A stretch of DNA of 64,000 bases from an uncultured Gammaproteobacteria bacterium (GTDB taxonomy: Bacteria; Patescibacteriota; Microgenomatia; CAYXHB01; CAZYTL01). The notes below the pieces were generated by a model that did not search any database, was not told the DNA's origin, and worked only from the letters and a program-made list of their open reading frames with translations. Every line of letters starts with the position of its first letter. Within the stretch, counting starts at the first letter, position 1. The DNA lies in NCBI GenBank assembly GCA_964650355.1, contig CAZYTL010000001.1:4018-68017 (forward strand). The letters run 5' to 3'. This document shows positions 59,433-64,000 of the stretch, piece after piece. A program made the translations under genes and the position numbers.

Positions 59433-60526
59433 AAGTAATTCACCTCCTTTATGAGTAATTTTGCTAATTCAGTTATTACAGTCGTTGTTACCGCATTCCC
59501 TAGGCACTTGTATCTTTGAGTGTCACTTAATTCCTCAGTCCAGCCATCTGGAAAACCTTGCAAGCGCTCGCATTCAGTAGGTGTTAGTCGTCTGATTTTT
59601 AAGCCGTCAAATACTCCATGCCTATCCTGACTAGTCAGAGTAAAGGCTGGCTCTCCATGAGTTTTGAAACGACGACCGTTTTGACGCTTCTTTTTTCTGT
59701 CTGGAGTTAAGACTGGTATGGCGTAGAGACCTGTTTTCCCACCAAGCCCACCAGCATTGCCAGCAAGGGTCGAAGCAATACCATCAGCCGCATATACTCG
59801 TTGGCCTTGACTAAAGTTTCTGCTATGTTGTTTTTTGTCTTTGATCCACATATCTCTTTTTCCTGTAATACCTCCTATGTAGTGGAGGTAGGTTTCTCCT
59901 GAATTTCGCAGGGACCCATAACGGGCATCAATCGTGCTCGAAACCCTCGTCCCGATTCTTTGTTTTGTTGGCTTCTTCTTATTAAGAACTGCGTAGCTTT
60001 CTCCGATAGGAAATACTTTGGGTCTACTGTTTTCTCTAAGATGTCCAACAATGAAGACTCTCTCCCTGTTTTGGGGAACTCCGAAATTTTTGCTGTTAAG
60101 AACTTGCCATTGATGCTCGTACCCCAGGTCGGTGAGAACCCCAAGTATTGTCTGGAAAGTTTTTCCTTTGTCATGACTAAGTAGCCCCTTAACATTTTCA
60201 AGGAGAAAATATCGGGGTCTTTTGTCTCGGAGAATCCGAGCGATTTCAAAAAAGAGAGTCCCTCTGGTGTCTTCAAACCCCAATCTTTTTCCGGCGATGC
60301 TAAACGATTGACAAGGGAAACCAGCACAGAGAAGGTCGTGGTCTGGTATTTCTGCTGTGTCGACAGACCTGATGTCTCTTGAATCACACTCCTGATAGTG
60401 TTTTTTGTAGACTTGGTTTGCATATTTGTCCCATTCATTTGAGTATTTGCATTTAAACTTTGGACTGGCTTTTTCAAGTCCATATCTAAATCCTCCTATT
60501 CCAGCGAATAAATCTATAAACTTCAT
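59429..60526 (-). CDS. C5 cytosine DNA methyltransferase
   Basis: FAGIGG, GFPCQ, ENV, QNRER, RLQGFP and GNAV. Confidence 0.95.
   Translation of the reverse strand: MKFIDLFAGIGGFRYGLEKASPKFKCKYSNEWDKYANQVYKKHYQECDSRDIRSVDTAEIPDHDLLCAGFPCQSFSIAGKRLGFEDTRGTLFFEIARILRDKRPRYFLLENVKGLLSHDKGKTFQTILGVLTDLGYEHQWQVLNSKNFGVPQNRERVFIVGHLRENSRPKVFPIGESYAVLNKKKPTKQRIGTRVSSTIDARYGSLRNSGETYLHYIGGITGKRDMWIKDKKQHSRNFSQGQRVYAADGIASTLAGNAGGLGGKTGLYAIPVLTPDRKKKRQNGRRFKTHGEPAFTLTSQDRHGVFDGLKIRRLTPTECERLQGFPDGWTEELSDTQRYKCLGNAVTTTVITELAKLLIKEVNYL
59875..60483 (-). CDS. nested alternate-frame ORF, M.EcoHK31I beta-polypeptide-like
   Basis: 202 aa inside the MTase gene, same strand; SSLLDILEKTVDPKYFLSEKA..LIRR motif. 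Confidence 0.55.
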   Translation of the reverse strand: MDLKKPVQSLNANTQMNGTNMQTKSTKNTIRSVIQETSGLSTQQKYQTTTFSVLVSLVNRLASPEKDWGLKTPEGLSFLKSLGFSETKDPDIFSLKMLRGYLVMTKEKLSRQYLGFSPTWGTSINGKFLTAKISEFPKTGRESSLLDILEKTVDPKYFLSEKATQFLIRRSQQNKESGRGFRARLMPVMGPCEIQEKPTSTT

Positions 60527-61257
60527 AATTCATGTTGTGCGTTTGCTAAGGCTTTTTGATTTGCCTTGATTAGTATTTCGACTACTTCTTTTGTTATGCC
60601 CGAGGACGTTTCTGAATGACTTTTAAGTGCTAATGTATTCACCCCTAGCTCTCGAATTGATTTATCCGAGGGAGTTAGTGTTGCCAGTTCCTTAATTGAT
60701 AAAACCAGCTCTCGTTCCTGAAGGTCGGTCTTGGTGCTATCGACTGTTTCAATCCAATGTTCTGTATTGCAGCCTGAACTAGATGGGCAATAAACTCTCG
60801 CCAGATCAGTCACCTCACCACTTTGTTGATATTGCTTGTAGTAACTCAGTGTGGTAATTCCGTTTGCAACATCCTGACAGGAATCATATAAACTGGTGTA
60901 TTCCGTTCGACAGCTACCCCAGCCAAAGGGATTTCCACCACAAGCTTTTTTCCCAAAGGTGCTTTCTATTCGACTAATGCCTATAAGAATATAAGGGTCA
61001 GCATGATTGTCATCTGCGCAACTCACTAGAGTTTCGCTACTAAGCGGACTGTCAACCTCAGTTAACAGTTCTTTAACTGCCTTTAAGCGAAAGTCTTTTA
61101 CATACGAACTTGTATCCGGAGTTAGTGTTTGAAGTGGTGTAGATTCAGGAATAGGAGAAATGAGCTCCTGTTCTTTATGTCCGAAAGGAATCCCCATGGC
61201 CATGCTCCCTAAGAACATTGCAGTGACCATTAGTGGTATTAATATTATTTTTCTCAT
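60523..61257 (-). CDS. exported lysozyme/glucosaminidase-like protein
   Basis: Signal or TM segment; ISRIESTFG...NPFGW...YCP...W. Confidence 0.65.
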   Translation of the reverse strand: MRKIILIPLMVTAMFLGSMAMGIPFGHKEQELISPIPESTPLQTLTPDTSSYVKDFRLKAVKELLTEVDSPLSSETLVSCADDNHADPYILIGISRIESTFGKKACGGNPFGWGSCRTEYTSLYDSCQDVANGITTLSYYKQYQQSGEVTDLARVYCPSSSGCNTEHWIETVDSTKTDLQERELVLSIKELATLTPSDKSIRELGVNTLALKSHSETSSGITKEVVEILIKANQKALANAQHEL

Positions 61258-61991
61258 ATAGCTTCATTGGCACACCGCCAGTAGAACAATTTCTCAATAT
61301 CTCGAACTCCTACCGCATCCTTGCAGTAAGACAGTGCTACAGCCAGACGACCTTGTTGGTTTTTAGTAAATGCTCGCTTAATGTGTTTGGCGAATTCTTG
61401 ACTTGGACTACCGTTTAACCCGAGCTGACTCCAAAGCCTAATAGCTTCTACTTGCCATTCATGCTTAATCTGACTATTAATTTGATCTGGAAGTTGGTAT
61501 TGATTAAGAACATCCCCAATAGCCGCCACACCGTTTCCATTTATTAAATTTTTTTGACGAACACTATCGTTGTTTATTTCTTTGTCTATATCTTTGTTTG
61601 CTCTCATTTTGATACTTAGATTTGTCTCACTTTGAGATTCTTGGGATCTCACTTTGAGACTGTTAGTCTCATATTGAGACTCAGTTTTAATCATCACTGA
61701 GTCGAACCAATTACTGGTTGCCTTGAGTAGAGCTGGCTGATCTGGATGCTTCTCAAGGAGATCTATGCTTAATCCTTTTTTGATAGCTCGAAATACAGTT
61801 GCTCGACCTAAATCAAGATAGCCAGCTAGCGTTTCCTTCCTGGCATAGCACCATCCCATTTGGGCATTCTTAGGATTGCTGGCAAGGTTATGGATTAGGT
61901 CGAACACGCAATACTCGTTGATTGTCAGACCAAGCCGCACTCTGGCCTCGTGATTTATAATCGTGTAGTTGATGCGGACTACTTTGTTCAT
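61254..61991 (-). CDS. phage replication initiator (wHTH)
   Basis: GWCYARKETLAGYLDLGRATVFRAI; internal iterons. Confidence 0.8.
   Translation of the reverse strand: MNKVVRINYTIINHEARVRLGLTINEYCVFDLIHNLASNPKNAQMGWCYARKETLAGYLDLGRATVFRAIKKGLSIDLLEKHPDQPALLKATSNWFDSVMIKTESQYETNSLKVRSQESQSETNLSIKMRANKDIDKEINNDSVRQKNLINGNGVAAIGDVLNQYQLPDQINSQIKHEWQVEAIRLWSQLGLNGSPSQEFAKHIKRAFTKNQQGRLAVALSYCKDAVGVRDIEKLFYWRCANEAI
61602..61680. repeat. replication-origin iterons TCTCA-N3-TGAGA x4
   Basis: Starts at 61602 (imperfect), 61625, 61647 and 61667; adjacent AT-rich tract. Confidence 0.75.
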
Positions 61992-62036
61992 CTTGGTATT
62001 TGGTTAGACCTTTATTCATAGGCGTTACAATCGTGA

Positions 62037-62336
62037 CTAGCTGTTATTGTTTTCAGAAACACTTTCATGTCCTACGGATTCGCGCTCGATGTACCATTTG
62101 CTTGCTGGAATATCTAAGTAATCTCCAATCTTTTTTACTGTTGAAGGTCTTGGGTCACCGCCGGCAACTAAAACACGCCTAACTGTTTGGGGGGAGAGCT
62201 CAACATCTATTGCCAATTGAAACCTAGAGAGTCCTTTAGTAAGCCTTATTTCATCAAAGAGCTCACTGTTAACTCTCTTGTCTTTATTGATGTAGATTGT
62301 TTTTTCCTGGGCAGTTTTTGTCATCTTTAATACCAA
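62037..62336 (-). CDS. Cro-like HTH regulator
   Basis: GLSRFQLAIDVELSPQTVRRV; divergent from the CI-like gene. Confidence 0.75.
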   Translation of the reverse strand: MVLKMTKTAQEKTIYINKDKRVNSELFDEIRLTKGLSRFQLAIDVELSPQTVRRVLVAGGDPRPSTVKKIGDYLDIPASKWYIERESVGHESVSENNNS

Positions 62337-62368
62337 AGTACAGACTGTTGTAATTTAGCTCAATAAAC

Positions 62369-62437
62369 TTTATGATGATTTATGTTCATTTATGTAAACT
62401 AATGTCATTATAGTAAGAAATCTCTTACATTTCATAC
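62369..62437. promoter_or_regulatory. lysis/lysogeny switch operators
   Basis: TTTATG at 62369, 62379 and 62389 (10-bp phase); GTAAG-N6-CTTAC-N4-CATAC at 62413-62437. Confidence 0.55.
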
Positions 62438-62480
62438 AGTATTTGCTACAATAAAAATTAGCTATAAAAAATTAATCATC

Positions 62481-62939
62481 ATGAAAAGAGACCAAAATCC
62501 TAAAACCAAATTTCAGGGACCCGATGATTTTGACTCTGTGGGGCAATATCTTAGTAGTTTGCGTGAGGCCAAAGACTTTACAATGAGTGCGGTTGTTGAG
62601 GAGGTCAAAAGTCTTATAGATTCCGGCAAACTGGATAAGCAATCGGCTGTTTCCCGAGGTTATCTTTCTAGTCTTGAATCTGACAAATACTTACATCCTT
62701 CACCTTTTAAATTGAAAGCATTGGCTCATGTCTACAAAATTCCGTATGAACTGCTACTAAACAAAGCAGGCTATTGGGATAAGACGAACAAAAATATCAA
62801 AGAAGATGCAACGTTCACTCTGATGTTAAAAGAAGTCCAGGATATGACACCTGGCGAAAGAGAATCTGTTCTGGAATACATTGAATTTGTTAAGTCCAGA
62901 AGGAATCAAAAATATGACAAAAGCCCAAAGAAGGGCTAG
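62481..62939 (+). CDS. CI-like XRE repressor
   Basis: VGQYLSSLRE...SRGYLSSLES...PSPFKLKALA. Confidence 0.8.
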   Translation: MKRDQNPKTKFQGPDDFDSVGQYLSSLREAKDFTMSAVVEEVKSLIDSGKLDKQSAVSRGYLSSLESDKYLHPSPFKLKALAHVYKIPYELLLNKAGYWDKTNKNIKEDATFTLMLKEVQDMTPGERESVLEYIEFVKSRRNQKYDKSPKKG

Positions 62940-63366
62940 GCAAATTTTACGAAAGTATAATTTGTCTACTGCCCCGATAAACTTACAGAAAATAGTTGAT
63001 GGAGAAAACTTAGTTCTTGATGAGTGGGACTTTCATGGTAGGGTCAAGGAAGTTTACCTGGGTGACAGTATAGGAATTGATAACAGTGTCGACCATAAAA
63101 AACAGCGTGAGTTAATAGCTCACGCATTAGGTCATCATTTCCTTCACACAGGGAATCATCTTTACTTTGAAAGTAATGACCAGTTCACCACCTTCAAACA
63201 GGAGCATGAAGCTCAGTGTTTTGCTGCAGAATTGCTCATGCCCAGAGAGATGCTCGTTTGCCGGAAGAACCTGCCGATTAAGGAAGTTGCCGATTACTTT
63301 AATGTCCCAATTGATTTTACGGGGTTTGGCATGAATGTTGTTTTAAAGGGGGGTCTATGTCACTAG
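62881..63366 (+). CDS. ImmA/IrrE-family metallo-endopeptidase
   Basis: IAHALGHHFLH...EHEAQCFAAELLMP, with HALGH in place of HELGH. Confidence 0.85.
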   Translation: MNLLSPEGIKNMTKAQRRARQILRKYNLSTAPINLQKIVDGENLVLDEWDFHGRVKEVYLGDSIGIDNSVDHKKQRELIAHALGHHFLHTGNHLYFESNDQFTTFKQEHEAQCFAAELLMPREMLVCRKNLPIKEVADYFNVPIDFTGFGMNVVLKGGLCH

Positions 63367-63992
63367 CAATGCTTATTTTCATGGACGAGTCTGGAGATAC
63401 TGGATTTAAGTTAAAAACTGCCTCCAGCCGATTTTTTGTTCTCACCATAGTCATCTTTGATAATTTAGAATCAGCGGAAAAAGCGAACGAAGCTATTAAA
63501 GAATTGCACACTGAATTAAGTTTCTCAAACCAAAAAGAGTTTAAATTCAGTACCGGAACCTCAAATAAATTTAAGGTGGCTTTTCTACAAAAACTTTCCC
63601 GCCAGGACTTTCGATACCGATCGATAGTAATTGACAAAACAAAACTTGCACAAATGAACCCTAAAAATCCGGAGGATAGTTTATATATGCTGGTAACTGA
63701 CCAGCTATTTTTGAGGGCACAGGATAGAATCAAAAACGCTTCTTTATTTATCGATCAAACCGCTCAGTCGAAAAAATTTATACAAAAATTTAACACCTAT
63801 CTGAAACGTAAACTTAATACTGACATAAGGAAAGTTATAGGAGAAGTTAGACACAAAGACTCAAAGCGCAATAACTTACTCCAACTGGCAGATATGGTGT
63901 GTGGAGCAATTTACCGTAAGTACAACAAAAAGGATGACAAATTCTATAAACTGATTAAAAAGAGGGAAGAAGATTTATGGAAGCCTTACTAA
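63357..63992 (+). CDS. DUF3800-family protein
   Basis: FMDESG, EFKF and LLQLADMVCG. Confidence 0.85.
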   Translation: MSLAMLIFMDESGDTGFKLKTASSRFFVLTIVIFDNLESAEKANEAIKELHTELSFSNQKEFKFSTGTSNKFKVAFLQKLSRQDFRYRSIVIDKTKLAQMNPKNPEDSLYMLVTDQLFLRAQDRIKNASLFIDQTAQSKKFIQKFNTYLKRKLNTDIRKVIGEVRHKDSKRNNLLQLADMVCGAIYRKYNKKDDKFYKLIKKREEDLWKPY

Positions 63993-64000
63993 CCTAAAAA

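Larger units (their letters stand above)
2400..64000 (-). mobile_element. temperate podovirus-like prophage (>61 kb; right end and integrase outside the window)
   Basis: Lysis, ejection, tail, capsid, portal, terminase, replication and CI/Cro/ImmA modules in canonical order. No tape measure or sheath gene seen. Left boundary is approximate. Confidence 0.9.

Noticed and set aside
1-64000. CRISPR array or cas genes
   Set aside because: No regularly spaced repeat-spacer series was seen. The DUF2779 nuclease is not in a cas context.

Overview
The first ~2.3 kb look like host DNA: a DinB-like gene, a hypothetical gene, a SAM methyltransferase and a frameshifted GIY-YIG gene. The rest (~2.4 kb to the window end) is a large temperate podovirus-like prophage, mostly on the minus strand. 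A Patescibacteria/CPR-like host is an inference from the DGR architecture and protein families. The prophage has lysis genes, an 1800-aa polyvalent ejection protein, tail and head genes, a portal, terminases, methyltransferases, a replication initiator with iterons, and a Cro/CI/ImmA switch. No integrase or right att site falls inside the window. Two cargo islands split the morphogenesis module. Island 1 (~22-31 kb) holds a complete diversity-generating retroelement (DGR): RT, an inverted avd, TR, VR and a GAA-loop hairpin. Its target is not a tail fibre but a MoxR AAA+ ATPase with a C-terminal CLec-like domain, encoded with a zincin-VWA partner next to a TPR-HEPN gene. Island 2 (~33-55 kb) holds a type I R-M system with an HsdM-half-HsdS fusion, Sir2-HerA, several nuclease/HEPN genes and an ECF sigma module. 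Structural genes resume after each island behind a near-identical leader RNA element that looks like an antiterminator/terminator switch. All family calls come from motif reading only; no database searches were run.
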